Shown in pieces: positions 45,964 through 55,844 of a stretch of 64,000 nucleotides of DNA. Below the pieces are notes generated by a model. It did not search any database. It worked only from the letters and a program-made list of their open reading frames with translations, and was not told the origin of the DNA. The translations under genes were made by a program, and so were the position numbers. The stretch is from Eubacteriales bacterium (GTDB taxonomy: Bacteria; Bacillota; Clostridia; Lachnospirales; WRAX01): positions 831 to 64,830 of the forward strand of contig JAVBOO010000012.1 in assembly GCA_031550435.1 (NCBI GenBank), in the 5' to 3' direction. Position 1 is the stretch's first letter, and each line of letters opens with the position of its first letter.

Positions 45964-46662
45964 TTGTCCGGCGCTAAAAAAGTTCTTGTCGTTGATGATG
46001 AAAAAAAGATTGTAGATATCATTGCGTTTAATCTCGCTAAAGAAGGCTATGAGGTATTGACTGCGTATGACGGTGAACAAGGGCTTAAGCTTGCGCTAGA
46101 AGCAGGCCCCGGCCTTGTGCTCCTCGATATAATGATGCCCGTAATGGACGGGTTTGAAGTTTGCAAAAAAATACGCGAAAAGTCTCAAATTCCGATCATA
46201 ATGCTCACTGCGAGAGTCGAAGAGGTTGATAAGGTTCTCGGGCTTGAGTTCGGAGCCGACGACTATGTTACAAAGCCGTTCGGAAACCGCGAACTGATGG
46301 CCAGAGTCAAGGCGCATCTTCGCAGGGCTGAGCCGCAGGAGGCCGCTGATAATGCTCAAAACGAATTGCTTAAATTCGGCGACCTGTCCTTTGATGTTAA
46401 AAAGCACGATTTATATATTAAAGGCGAAATAGTTCAGCTTACGCCAAAAGAATATGACTTGATAAAATTTCTCTGCATAAACAAAAATCAGGTGTTCTCA
46501 AGAGAAGCCCTGCTCGAGAAGGTCTGGGGATTTGAGTTTTTCGGCGATGTCAGAACGGTTGACGTTACCGTAAGACGCTTAAGAAGCAAAATCGAGCAAA
46601 ATGCGGAACTGCCAAAGTATGTAATGACAAAACGCGGCGTTGGTTATTATTACGGAGGCTAA
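45964..46662 (+). CDS. walR: OmpR-family response regulator, WalR/YycF-like
   Basis: 232 aa, very close in pattern to WalR (KILVVDDEK.I.DI..FNL.KEGYEV, LLDIMMP, GADDYVTKPF, winged-helix C-terminus). TTG start. Confidence 0.65.
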   Translation: MSGAKKVLVVDDEKKIVDIIAFNLAKEGYEVLTAYDGEQGLKLALEAGPGLVLLDIMMPVMDGFEVCKKIREKSQIPIIMLTARVEEVDKVLGLEFGADDYVTKPFGNRELMARVKAHLRRAEPQEAADNAQNELLKFGDLSFDVKKHDLYIKGEIVQLTPKEYDLIKFLCINKNQVFSREALLEKVWGFEFFGDVRTVDVTVRRLRSKIEQNAELPKYVMTKRGVGYYYGG

Positions 46663-46665
46663 TTA

Positions 46666-48471
46666 ATGAAAAGCATCAGATGGAAGCTCGTTATTATATA
46701 TGTGGCAATGATATTCATCGTTTTGATTTTAGCCGGTACATTTATAATACTGAGCTACAGGAGTCAGCAAGAAAACAAAGCGGAGCGCGATTTGAAGCAG
46801 TATGCCGCAACTATAAGAGAAAACATTATCGGAGAGTATGAAGAGCCCGGTCTTTTTCAGACCGGCTTCGACTCTCCGACCTTCGGTATAAGCAAGGGTG
46901 AGTTTCAAGGCAATATCTTGGACGCTGAAGGAACGACCATCGCTTCAAACAGTACCGGCGGAGACGGTATATTTCCGAAATACCAAAGCACTGCAATTAT
47001 TTCTGCTCAGCACGGAGAGGAATGCTTTATAGCCGGGCGAAAACACCCGGACGCAAACGATATATTTACGATATGGATGGAATATGCAGTGCCCGTCCGC
47101 AACTCAATTTCAAGCGAAGTTGAATACATTATATATGTCCGCGTCAACGCTGATTCTATTTATTCCAGTATCAGTGAAACGACTAATACATTTATCTTGG
47201 CTATTTTAATAGCGCTGGTGCTGACCGGTATACTCGGGGTAGTATTTTCCGGAACCCTGACCGGTCCTATTTCCATACTTTCTTCCAAGGCCAGAGAGCT
47301 CGCGGCGGGAAACCTCGATCAGGAAATACCCGTTTCTTCCAAGGACGAAATCGGGCAGCTGACCGAAAGCTTTAACTATATGGCTTCCGAGCTCAAAAAA
47401 ACTATTTCTGAGATGGAATCCGAAAAAAACAAGACAGAAATTGTTTTATACAATATGACAGACGGCGTACTCGCATACGACAGCGGCGGAAAATTAACCC
47501 ATGCAAATCAGGTCAGCGAGGAACTGCTCGGGGCCGAGAATGTAACGGGCAAAACGTTTGACGAGATTGCGAGCCTGCTGTTTCCTTCCGCGGGTCTGAG
47601 CGTTTCAAATCCGGGAAGTTTCAGGGAAAGTACTCTGACTATCGGCGAAAAGTATATAAGCGTGAGTCTGACCTCTCATAAGAACGCGGCAGGAGTCTTG
47701 GAGGGCATAGTCATCGTCTTGCAGGATATCACAAAACACAAAAAGCTCGACGATATGCGAAAAGAATTCGTCGCGAACGTTTCTCACGAGATGAGAACGC
47801 CGCTGACAAACATAAAAAGCTATGCCGAAACATTGATGGATGGCGCTATAGACGACAAAAACGTCGCGATGGATTTTTTGGGTGTTATAGCAGGCGAAGT
47901 TGACAGGATGACGCATATAGTAAAAGATTTGCTTGAGCTTTCAAGCTTGGATAATAAACAGCTTGTGCTGGATATTCGCCCGACAAATATATGCGATATT
48001 ATCAGGGAAACTATTAAGCAGCATATGTTAATCGCAAAAAAACAAAATAAAGATATTTACTTCGAAGAACCGGGAGACAACGTGATGATTAACGCCGACA
48101 GGCAGAGAATCTCGCAGGTTCTGACCAACATTATAAACAATTCCGTAAAATACAGCTACGACGGCGCAACTATCGAAATATGGATAGAACAGTCTCTGTA
48201 CTATATCCGCGTCTTTGTCAGAGATAACGGCATGGGGATACCGAAGGACGATTTAAGAAATATTTTCGAAAGGTTCTACAGAGTCGATAAGGCTCGTTCG
48301 AGAGCTTTAGGAGGTACGGGCCTCGGTCTGGCGATAGCAAAGGAGATTATGGAAGCCCACGGCGGCGGCATATCCGCTGTCAGCGAATTTGGCAAAGGCA
48401 CGACAATGATACTGCGCTTTCCGAACAAGACTGAAGTAAAAAATTTAAACGATGAATCGGAAGATTTCTGA
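46666..48471 (+). CDS. walK: sensor histidine kinase, WalK/VicK-like
   Basis: 601 aa with two TM segments flanking an extracellular domain, HAMP, PAS, HisKA (SHEMRTPLT) and HATPase (DNGMGIP, GGTGLGLAIAKEI). Confidence 0.65.
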   Translation: MKSIRWKLVIIYVAMIFIVLILAGTFIILSYRSQQENKAERDLKQYAATIRENIIGEYEEPGLFQTGFDSPTFGISKGEFQGNILDAEGTTIASNSTGGDGIFPKYQSTAIISAQHGEECFIAGRKHPDANDIFTIWMEYAVPVRNSISSEVEYIIYVRVNADSIYSSISETTNTFILAILIALVLTGILGVVFSGTLTGPISILSSKARELAAGNLDQEIPVSSKDEIGQLTESFNYMASELKKTISEMESEKNKTEIVLYNMTDGVLAYDSGGKLTHANQVSEELLGAENVTGKTFDEIASLLFPSAGLSVSNPGSFRESTLTIGEKYISVSLTSHKNAAGVLEGIVIVLQDITKHKKLDDMRKEFVANVSHEMRTPLTNIKSYAETLMDGAIDDKNVAMDFLGVIAGEVDRMTHIVKDLLELSSLDNKQLVLDIRPTNICDIIRETIKQHMLIAKKQNKDIYFEEPGDNVMINADRQRISQVLTNIINNSVKYSYDGATIEIWIEQSLYYIRVFVRDNGMGIPKDDLRNIFERFYRVDKARSRALGGTGLGLAIAKEIMEAHGGGISAVSEFGKGTTMILRFPNKTEVKNLNDESEDF

Positions 48472-49859
48472 TGAATAGGATAAAAAGCAGCAAAAAAGAC
48501 AGAAAAAAAATAACAGGCGGCATGAAAAACCTCTTGATAGCTGTGCTTGTCGTGCTTTCCGTAGTCCAAACAGAAGTAATCTGGTTTGACGGAAGGTCTT
48601 TTTCCGATGTTGTTTCCGCGTTTTCGTTTGCCGCCGACTTTACGCCTTCGAAAGAAGTGCTCGATATCCTTGCGACACCGACGAGGATACTCACAAAGAC
48701 CGGCGAAGATAACTTCATCTCGTCATGCAGCGACCTGAAGAACAATCCTCTAAAAGCATACCTGGACGAAATCATGCCCGATTTTTTTAAAAAAGCCGAG
48801 TACGCGGGTGATAACGGTTTAGATCTTAAAGCGATACTGTCTGCAAGTGATTTGATCTACAGCTATGAATTTTCAATCCCGGCAGACGTTTTTACGGAAT
48901 GCTTCGGCTCAAAATCCAATATTCTGACTCAAAGGCTGAAGAACATCGATTATATTACGCTAAGAGCAAGCGAATCCGGCGATTCGGTTATTTTCTGTTT
49001 TGTCTCGAAAACGGAAGGCAAGTTTAAGGAATTTAGGCTTTCGGGCAGCGAACAGGCCGAAGGCATGGCAAATTCGGTACTGAGGCTCACGGTTAATCCT
49101 TTTAATGTTCACTACAGGATAAACACGCCTGACGATGGCTCCTTCTCTGACGAGTCGTTTATAGCCTGCTGGGAAAACGAGTTCGAATACTTCAATATAG
49201 GTGTCGTCAATCCTTACGCTGAAAACGATTCGGTTATGATGACAAGCGTACTCAATAAGGTCAGAACCTTTTTTGACAACGCGTCAAATATACTTTCCGA
49301 CATAAGAAACGAGTCTTCTTATGCATACAGCGGCGGCAGAGTCGTCGTAAAATACGACGGAGGCTCACGCCTGTTGGAATACTCGGATTACAGCCTGCCG
49401 TCTAAAAAAATCTCCGACAGCTTTTTATCCTCGTTTTCGGCTGCTTATTCGGTTCTTAAAAAAGACGAAAGCCTGGCAAACGAATACAGCCTTTCGGAAT
49501 ACTCGTACGACGGCACAAACTGGTATTTCGGCTTTGACTATGTCATACTCGATATGCCTGTATTTTTCTCAAAAAAGACCGCCGAGCAGTTGAACATGAA
49601 ACACTTGCTCGAAGTAACGGTAAGAGACGATATAGCCGCAAATTACAAGCATATAGCCGTTAACCTGACTCCTGATTTCGTATCTTTTGCAAACGGCAAT
49701 TTCTCGGACGCCGTAAACTTTTTTGCCTCTGCCGGCATAGGCGACGACATCGTATTTTCCGATCTCAAGCTGGGTTACCGCCTCGATGAAGGCACACAGT
49801 TCGGCCTGTATTGGAATGTACTTGTTTCCGGAAAGGAAAATATAGTACCGCTGCAATAA
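48471..49859 (+). CDS. yycH: YycH-like two-component system regulatory protein
   Basis: 462 aa. The ATG overlaps the walK stop by 1 nt. The N-terminal TM LLIAVLVVLSVVQTEVIW and following segment resemble YycH, and size and position match the walRK-yycHI arrangement. Confidence 0.5.
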   Translation: MNRIKSSKKDRKKITGGMKNLLIAVLVVLSVVQTEVIWFDGRSFSDVVSAFSFAADFTPSKEVLDILATPTRILTKTGEDNFISSCSDLKNNPLKAYLDEIMPDFFKKAEYAGDNGLDLKAILSASDLIYSYEFSIPADVFTECFGSKSNILTQRLKNIDYITLRASESGDSVIFCFVSKTEGKFKEFRLSGSEQAEGMANSVLRLTVNPFNVHYRINTPDDGSFSDESFIACWENEFEYFNIGVVNPYAENDSVMMTSVLNKVRTFFDNASNILSDIRNESSYAYSGGRVVVKYDGGSRLLEYSDYSLPSKKISDSFLSSFSAAYSVLKKDESLANEYSLSEYSYDGTNWYFGFDYVILDMPVFFSKKTAEQLNMKHLLEVTVRDDIAANYKHIAVNLTPDFVSFANGNFSDAVNFFASAGIGDDIVFSDLKLGYRLDEGTQFGLYWNVLVSGKENIVPLQ

Positions 49860-49890
49860 GACCGTACCGTTCCTGACGCAAAACTTTCTG

Positions 49891-50790
49891 GTGGACTGCA
49901 TAAAAATTTTTTCCCGGTGGGGTGAGAGCATTAACGCTGATAAGGCTAAAAACCTGGCAATACTTTTTTTTGTCATACTGAATATTGTTTTGCTCTCTTT
50001 AATGCTTATCGGCAGAGTAAAATACAGAGTATCCGATAAACAGCAGCGCTATATTCATGCCCTGCTCGAAAAAAACAATATAACGCTTGACGCAAAGATC
50101 ATGACCGAATTTAGGCCGATACGGCAGCTTAGCCTCAACCAGAAATATATGGATGTTGAGCTTGTGACAAACTGGCTTTTTGACAATGGCGAGAATTTTA
50201 CGGTTTCTGACGAGTTTGACAGGCAGATATTTCGGTCTGACAGGAAAACCTTGACTTATGACAAACAGCAGTTTGTTATGGAAATACCGGACGGCACGGG
50301 CAAGATTGAGCTCAACCCGCAAAACGCCAGGAGGGTCTGCGAAGAGAAGCTGAACGAGTTGAACATATCTCAAATCGAATTTGAAGAGGATAACGAGTTT
50401 TTTATAGGCGACGAAAGCATAATACTTGAATACAGGGCAAAATACTCCGGAAATGTGATATACTCGAGCTATGTTATTTTCAGGGTCACGGAATCTTCAA
50501 TAGTCGAAATAAAGGCAGGCCTGCTTTCCTGCAACGGTTACACGGATGCCGCGAAAGAAATATACGCGCCGGACGAAGCTTTGCAAGCGCTGTTGTACGA
50601 ACTGAAGAACTTATACGGCGATATCGAGAAAAACATTGTTATCAACAGGCTTGACATCGTTTACTATCTCGATTTCAGTAAATCCGGCGAGAGTTCCGAG
50701 CTCAAGGCCATACCGTATTACAGATTCTATATAGACGAGCGCAGCGAACCGTTCCTGATAAACGCATATTTTAATACTGTTTTAAGGTAG
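49891..50790 (+). CDS. yycI: YycI-like two-component system regulatory protein
   Basis: 299 aa. KAKNLAILFFVILNIVLL resembles the YycI N-terminus, and the position after the yycH-like gene fits. The GTG start is uncertain. Confidence 0.45.
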   Translation: MDCIKIFSRWGESINADKAKNLAILFFVILNIVLLSLMLIGRVKYRVSDKQQRYIHALLEKNNITLDAKIMTEFRPIRQLSLNQKYMDVELVTNWLFDNGENFTVSDEFDRQIFRSDRKTLTYDKQQFVMEIPDGTGKIELNPQNARRVCEEKLNELNISQIEFEEDNEFFIGDESIILEYRAKYSGNVIYSSYVIFRVTESSIVEIKAGLLSCNGYTDAAKEIYAPDEALQALLYELKNLYGDIEKNIVINRLDIVYYLDFSKSGESSELKAIPYYRFYIDERSEPFLINAYFNTVLR

Positions 50791-50831
50791 GCGCAGTATT
50801 TTCCCCGCTTATTTCGGGCAAATATTTTCCC

Positions 50832-50860
50832 TTGCTTTTATTTGTTTATTATGCTACAAT
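50832..50860 (+). promoter_or_regulatory. promoter of the leuS T-box leader
   Basis: TTGCTT (50832-50837), 17-nt spacer, TACAAT (50855-50860). Confidence 0.55.
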
Positions 50861-50865
50861 TCCGA

Positions 50866-51096
50866 AAACAATGTGAAAAACCGTGAAGGGGAACAGTAAA
50901 AGGCAGAAGCTTTCAGAGAGCCGCAGTTTGGTGCGATGCGGCAGCCGAACCCGTTGAACTCGCCCCGGAGTTTTGCGTTTGAACCTTGAGTAGAGCGCAA
51001 CGTATCCTGCGTTAAGGGCTAAAGTGCGTACAATTTGTACGAAATTGAGTGGTACCGCGGCATAATGCTCGTCTCTTTGCTGAGACGGGCTTTTTA
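50866..51096 (+). promoter_or_regulatory. T-box riboswitch leader (Leu)
   Basis: Stem I elements (AGAGA at about 50925, GGTGCGA distal loop). Specifier region GAA-CTC-G (CTC at 50959-50961). T-box sequence AAATTGAGTGGTACCGCGG (51042-51060). Terminator GCTCGTCTC/GAGACGGGC plus TTTTT (51067-51095). Confidence 0.85.
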
Positions 51097-51125
51097 ATTT
51101 ATCGAAACCGAAGGAAGGAATTGTT

Positions 51126-53543
51126 ATGGACACAAACTACAATTTTTCTGCAATCGAATCGAAACAAAAGAAAAAATGGCTTGAAAACCCCATAAACGTT
51201 GAGGACGACAAAAAACCGGGGTTCTACTGTTTGGATATGTTCCCCTACCCTTCCGGTAAGGGTCTGCACGTCGGACATTGGAGAGGTTATGTTCTGACGG
51301 ACGTTATAAGCAGGTATAAAATATTGCAGGGTTACTATGTGCTGCATCCGATGGGCTGGGATGCCTTCGGCCTGCCGGCCGAGAACTATGCGATTAAACA
51401 AGGTGTTCACCCGAGCGTATCAACAAACAAGGCAATCGAGACCTTCAAACGTCAGCTTGACGATATCAGCGCTGTGTACGACTGGTCAAAAGAGATAAAC
51501 ACAACCGACCCGAACTACTACAAATGGACCCAGTGGATCTTTGTCAAGATGTTTGAAAAAGGACTCGCATATGAAAAAGAAATGCCTCTTAACTGGTGTC
51601 CGAGCTGTAAGACCGTTCTGGCGAACGAAGAAGCGGTTGGCGGAGAATGCGACCGCTGCCATTCAACCGTTACGAAAAAAATGCTTCGTCAGTGGATGCT
51701 GCGAATAACAGAATACGCGGACAGACTGCTTAACGACCTAGACAGGCTCGACTGGGCGGAAAAAGTCAAGAAAATGCAGGCAGACTGGATAGGCAAGAGC
51801 TACGGTGCCGAAGTGGATTTTGTGACTGTCGGCGGCAATAAGCCCATACGAGTTTATACCACGAGGCCGGACACGCTTTTCGGAGCAACGTTTATGGTTC
51901 TTTCTCCCGAGCACAGACTCGTCAAAGAAATCACATCTTTGGAGCAAGCAAAGGCCGTTGATGACTATGTTTTCGCCGCAAGCACCAAATCGAGCGTCGA
52001 CAGATTGGCGGCAAAAGAAAAGTCCGGAGTCTTTACCGGCTGTTACGCAATTAATCCGCTTACGGAAAAACAGGTACCGGTATGGGTTTCTGACTACGTC
52101 CTCGCGGACTACGGCACCGGAGCTATTATGTGCGTTCCCGCGCATGATTCGAGAGACTTCGAGTTTGCAAAGAAATTCGGGCTTCCGATTGTTCCCGTAC
52201 GCAAGAAATCGGGAGCAAAAAGCTGCGAAGAGCTGAACGAAGCTTTCGAGGAGGAAGGCACGGTCATCAACTCTCCCGGCTTTGACGGCATGAACTCATC
52301 CGAGCTTAAAGACAAAATGCCCGACGTGCTCGAAGAAAAAGGCATAGGCAAAAAAACTGTTAACTATAAGCTGCGTGACTGGGTATTTTCACGTCAAAGA
52401 TACTGGGGAGAACCCATTCCCATTATACACTGCGAGCATTGCGGAGCAGTCGGCGTACCCGACAAGGATTTACCGGTCAGACTGCCGGATGTCGAATCGT
52501 ATCTGCCGACCGATACTGGCGAATCACCGCTTGCGGCAATAACCGACTGGGTAAACACCACCTGTCCGAAATGCAACGCTCCTGCAAAACGCGAGACAAA
52601 CACTATGCCGCAGTGGGCCGGTTCTTCCTGGTACTTCCTTCGCTATCCCGATGTAAACAACGATAGCGAGCTTATCGGAAAGAAAGCGCTTGAAAAATGG
52701 CTGCCCGTAGATTATTATGCAGGCGGCATCGAACACGCGGTGCTTCACCTGCTCTACGCAAGATTCTATACAAAGTTTCTGTACGACATAGGTGTCGTTA
52801 ACTTTGAAGAACCGTTCTCTAAGCTGTTTAATCAGGGCATGATTACAAAAGACGGCTTTAAGATGGACAAGTCGAGGGGCAACGGCGTTTCTCCGGACGA
52901 CATGATAGAAAAATACGGACGCGACGCATTAAGAATGTATATCCTGTTTATAGGACCTCCGGAGCAAGACTCGGAATGGGAAAGCAGAGGACTTGAAGGC
53001 GTATTCAGATACCTTACGAGAGTTTGGAAGCTTGTGAGCGAGGCAAAGGGCAAAATAATCAAAACCAATTCGGATTTAGAACGCGCAAGACACAAAATGA
53101 TATACGATATAACAACAAGGCTGGACAATCTGAGTTTAAACACCGTCGTAAGCGGATTTATGGAGCACACAAACAAACTGTTTGACCTTATGAAGCAATA
53201 CGGCGGGCTTGATGCCGATACGCTCAAAACCCTCGCAATTCTTCTCGCTCCTTTCACACCGCATATTGCAGAAGAGATATGGGAAAGTCTCGGAGGCAAA
53301 AAGTCTGTTTTCTGTGAAAAATGGCCGGAGTATGACATTGAAAAAACAAAAGAGGATACGCTGACTATAGTAGTACAAATCAACGGAAAGGTAAGAGAAA
53401 ACATACTCGTTCCCGCGGGAACGGAAAAAGAAGAAATAATTTCTCTCGCAAAAGCTTCTGTCACGGCTCGGCTTGAAGGCGCCGATATTATGAAGGAAAT
53501 TTACGTACCGAACAAGCTCGTAAACATAGTCATAAAAATGTAG
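51126..53543 (+). CDS. leuS: leucine--tRNA ligase
   Basis: 805 aa. Class I HIGH (PYPSGKGLHVGH) and KMSKS-type (FKMDKSRGN) motifs, CP1 editing domain, zinc motifs CPSC..CDRC. Confidence 0.95.
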   Translation: MDTNYNFSAIESKQKKKWLENPINVEDDKKPGFYCLDMFPYPSGKGLHVGHWRGYVLTDVISRYKILQGYYVLHPMGWDAFGLPAENYAIKQGVHPSVSTNKAIETFKRQLDDISAVYDWSKEINTTDPNYYKWTQWIFVKMFEKGLAYEKEMPLNWCPSCKTVLANEEAVGGECDRCHSTVTKKMLRQWMLRITEYADRLLNDLDRLDWAEKVKKMQADWIGKSYGAEVDFVTVGGNKPIRVYTTRPDTLFGATFMVLSPEHRLVKEITSLEQAKAVDDYVFAASTKSSVDRLAAKEKSGVFTGCYAINPLTEKQVPVWVSDYVLADYGTGAIMCVPAHDSRDFEFAKKFGLPIVPVRKKSGAKSCEELNEAFEEEGTVINSPGFDGMNSSELKDKMPDVLEEKGIGKKTVNYKLRDWVFSRQRYWGEPIPIIHCEHCGAVGVPDKDLPVRLPDVESYLPTDTGESPLAAITDWVNTTCPKCNAPAKRETNTMPQWAGSSWYFLRYPDVNNDSELIGKKALEKWLPVDYYAGGIEHAVLHLLYARFYTKFLYDIGVVNFEEPFSKLFNQGMITKDGFKMDKSRGNGVSPDDMIEKYGRDALRMYILFIGPPEQDSEWESRGLEGVFRYLTRVWKLVSEAKGKIIKTNSDLERARHKMIYDITTRLDNLSLNTVVSGFMEHTNKLFDLMKQYGGLDADTLKTLAILLAPFTPHIAEEIWESLGGKKSVFCEKWPEYDIEKTKEDTLTIVVQINGKVRENILVPAGTEKEEIISLAKASVTARLEGADIMKEIYVPNKLVNIVIKM

Positions 53544-53574
53544 GATTACGCTCCGCAGAGCAATACAGACGCAT

Positions 53575-53611
53575 AAAAAAGTCCCGACCGGCGATACCGG
53601 TTGGGACTTTT
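53575..53611. terminator. bidirectional terminator between convergent leuS and ABC permease gene
   Basis: AAAAAA-GTCCCGACCGG-CGAT-ACCGGTTGGGAC-TTTT. Confidence 0.8.
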
Positions 53612-53612
53612 A

Positions 53613-53654
53613 GTGTAAACCCTGATTAAATCACTTTGGACGTATAAAACGGCA
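53613..53654 (+). repeat. interspersed repeat family D, 5' module fragment D6
   Basis: GTGTAAACCCTGATTAAATCACTTTGGACGTATAAAACGGC. Confidence 0.5.
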
Positions 53655-53664
53655 TTTGTGGATA

Positions 53665-55836
53665 TCAGCGCTCAGTACCCGCGAATATCTCCATGGGCTC
53701 GAGCTTTAGCCTCTTGTGGATCGAAGCAAACGACATGATTATAAGCGCTGTAAACACAGTAGCCGCCGTAACAGCGTATACCTCGGAAGGCACATCCGTG
53801 TCCAATGCCGGAGCGATCAGCGGAAGCGGGTTCTTTTCGAACTGAGGAAACTCCTCGGCAACATAGTACGGCGCGGTTACGCTCTCGACTATATCTGAAA
53901 CAACAAGCTTTCCGGCAAAAAGACCTGCCGCGCAGCTGAACACATATATAGCAAGCAATCCCCACATTACGGACAGCATGATACTACGTTTTTTTGTCCC
54001 CAACGCAAGCATTACTTTTACATCCCTTTCCTTGCGCGAAACAAACAGCAGCATCATAAACGCCAAAACTACAATAACGGTACTAAAAGCTGCCAGTACA
54101 ATAATAGCCGATGTTGTTCTGAGAGTGTCCAATATCTGTATGGAGTGCGAGTAACCTTGGTCTTCAACGTTGACGCTGTATTTGCTAAAGTCAAAGCCGT
54201 CTTGCTCCAGAGCATCCATAAACTTGTTTAAATCGCTGTTTTTGTTTAACAGGGCGAAAAAATCTATGGTATGAACCGCTTCATTCCCCTCCGAATCTTT
54301 AAGCGGCGATTCCTCCACATACCGCGCAAAATCTTCAACAGTTTTCGCCACGCCGGTAGGCATATATATAAAGATCGAAGGTTCGACACTTTTTGATTTT
54401 ACAGCCTTTCCGCCTATGTCAAGAGCAAACGGGTTCCCGTTGTAATCCCCTGTATTGGCATAAAAAACTCTGTCTTTCACGGGGTTTACAACATCAAAGA
54501 TTCCCACGACCTCAAACTCTTTGTACTCATAGTCAAACGCGTTTGTCTGAGAAAGAGCAATCACGGTTTTGTCGCCTATGTCCAAGTGTGACCAGCCGGC
54601 GGCATTCGAACTGATAATTATAACAGCCGCGCCTGTTCTCTCCTCCTCTTCTGTAAAAAATCTGCCCTTAACAAGTGAAAAGCGGTTATAGAAAAACGCT
54701 TCGTTTCCGGCAGGGTTGTCGGAAAGATACAGAGACAGGCTTAAAGTACTGTTCGGCCACGGAATCGCGGCATTTTGATTTTTGGAAATCGGTGCTGCTT
54801 CGTTCACGATAATTTTGTCAAATTCGGTGTTTTTGCATTTAATAACAGCATCCGGATCAACATAATAAACTCCGCAGGAAAGCAGCTTGCTCGTAGTTCC
54901 GGTACCATAAAATCTCTCCGCGGGGTTTCCTCTTTGCACAAAAACATCTTCCGAGAGAAAAAATTTACGCTGTTCTTCGGTTAAAAATTTTTCTCCAAAA
55001 ATGTCATACATTACAAAATCAAAGGCATCGGCAAGCTTTTCTCTGTAGTTCCACAGACTGTAAAGACTTGTTCCGTCATCATTGTCTCTACCGATGTAAA
55101 TCTCGAAATCAGGCTTCCATTCGAACAAATCGGAATTGAAAACATAGAAACTGTCTGCCTTTATTATGTAAGTTTCGCCGATCTCAAATATCTCGCGCGC
55201 TTTTTTTGAAGGCAGATAATCTTCGGAAATCTCGTCAACGTCAATAAACAACAGGCATGAGTCGCCATAATCCTGGCCGGAGACAATGCCGCCGGTTTCA
55301 TAGTTAACCATTGTTATTATGCGTGTTTCCCCGCTTTGTATAGGAAGTGTTATTGTTTCGATTCCTGTTATTTTCGCGACAAAAGTTGTTTGGTAGACAG
55401 GTGAGCCGGCTTGGGTTAAGTAAGCGCCGTAACCCCTCAGATACGGAGACATTCCGGGAACGATGACAGGCGTTTCGCTGTCTTTAATATATTCCGAATT
55501 CGTTATCGGCTCAAGGTCCTTTTTGGAAAGCAGTGAAAAATTGTACTGTTCCAAACCGCTTTTTATGTCATACTCATCGGATAACGGGCCGTAGTAAGCA
55601 TAGCTGCTGTCAGCGCTTGCATACGTTATTTCCACGCTGTCGGAATCAGATACGTTTCTGCTTACCGTAACCCTTGTGGTATATGACTCCTCCGCGTCTT
55701 TATATCCGCGCATTGTTATAAACATCAGCGTTAAACCGACAAGGAGAGCGACTGTGACAGCCGCAAGCAAAACGGCAAAAAACGCCGTTATCAGAGGTCT
55801 TCTCAGCATAGACTTTATAGAAACGATAAAAAACAT
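53665..55836 (-). CDS. ABC transporter permease, FtsX/MacB-type with very large extracytoplasmic domain
   Basis: 723 aa. N-terminal TM, an extracellular region of about 540 aa, and a C-terminal FtsX-type 3-TM bundle. Last gene of a 3-gene ABC operon. Confidence 0.7.
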   Translation of the reverse strand: MFFIVSIKSMLRRPLITAFFAVLLAAVTVALLVGLTLMFITMRGYKDAEESYTTRVTVSRNVSDSDSVEITYASADSSYAYYGPLSDEYDIKSGLEQYNFSLLSKKDLEPITNSEYIKDSETPVIVPGMSPYLRGYGAYLTQAGSPVYQTTFVAKITGIETITLPIQSGETRIITMVNYETGGIVSGQDYGDSCLLFIDVDEISEDYLPSKKAREIFEIGETYIIKADSFYVFNSDLFEWKPDFEIYIGRDNDDGTSLYSLWNYREKLADAFDFVMYDIFGEKFLTEEQRKFFLSEDVFVQRGNPAERFYGTGTTSKLLSCGVYYVDPDAVIKCKNTEFDKIIVNEAAPISKNQNAAIPWPNSTLSLSLYLSDNPAGNEAFFYNRFSLVKGRFFTEEEERTGAAVIIISSNAAGWSHLDIGDKTVIALSQTNAFDYEYKEFEVVGIFDVVNPVKDRVFYANTGDYNGNPFALDIGGKAVKSKSVEPSIFIYMPTGVAKTVEDFARYVEESPLKDSEGNEAVHTIDFFALLNKNSDLNKFMDALEQDGFDFSKYSVNVEDQGYSHSIQILDTLRTTSAIIVLAAFSTVIVVLAFMMLLFVSRKERDVKVMLALGTKKRSIMLSVMWGLLAIYVFSCAAGLFAGKLVVSDIVESVTAPYYVAEEFPQFEKNPLPLIAPALDTDVPSEVYAVTAATVFTALIIMSFASIHKRLKLEPMEIFAGTER

Positions 55837-55844
55837 CAGTTCGC

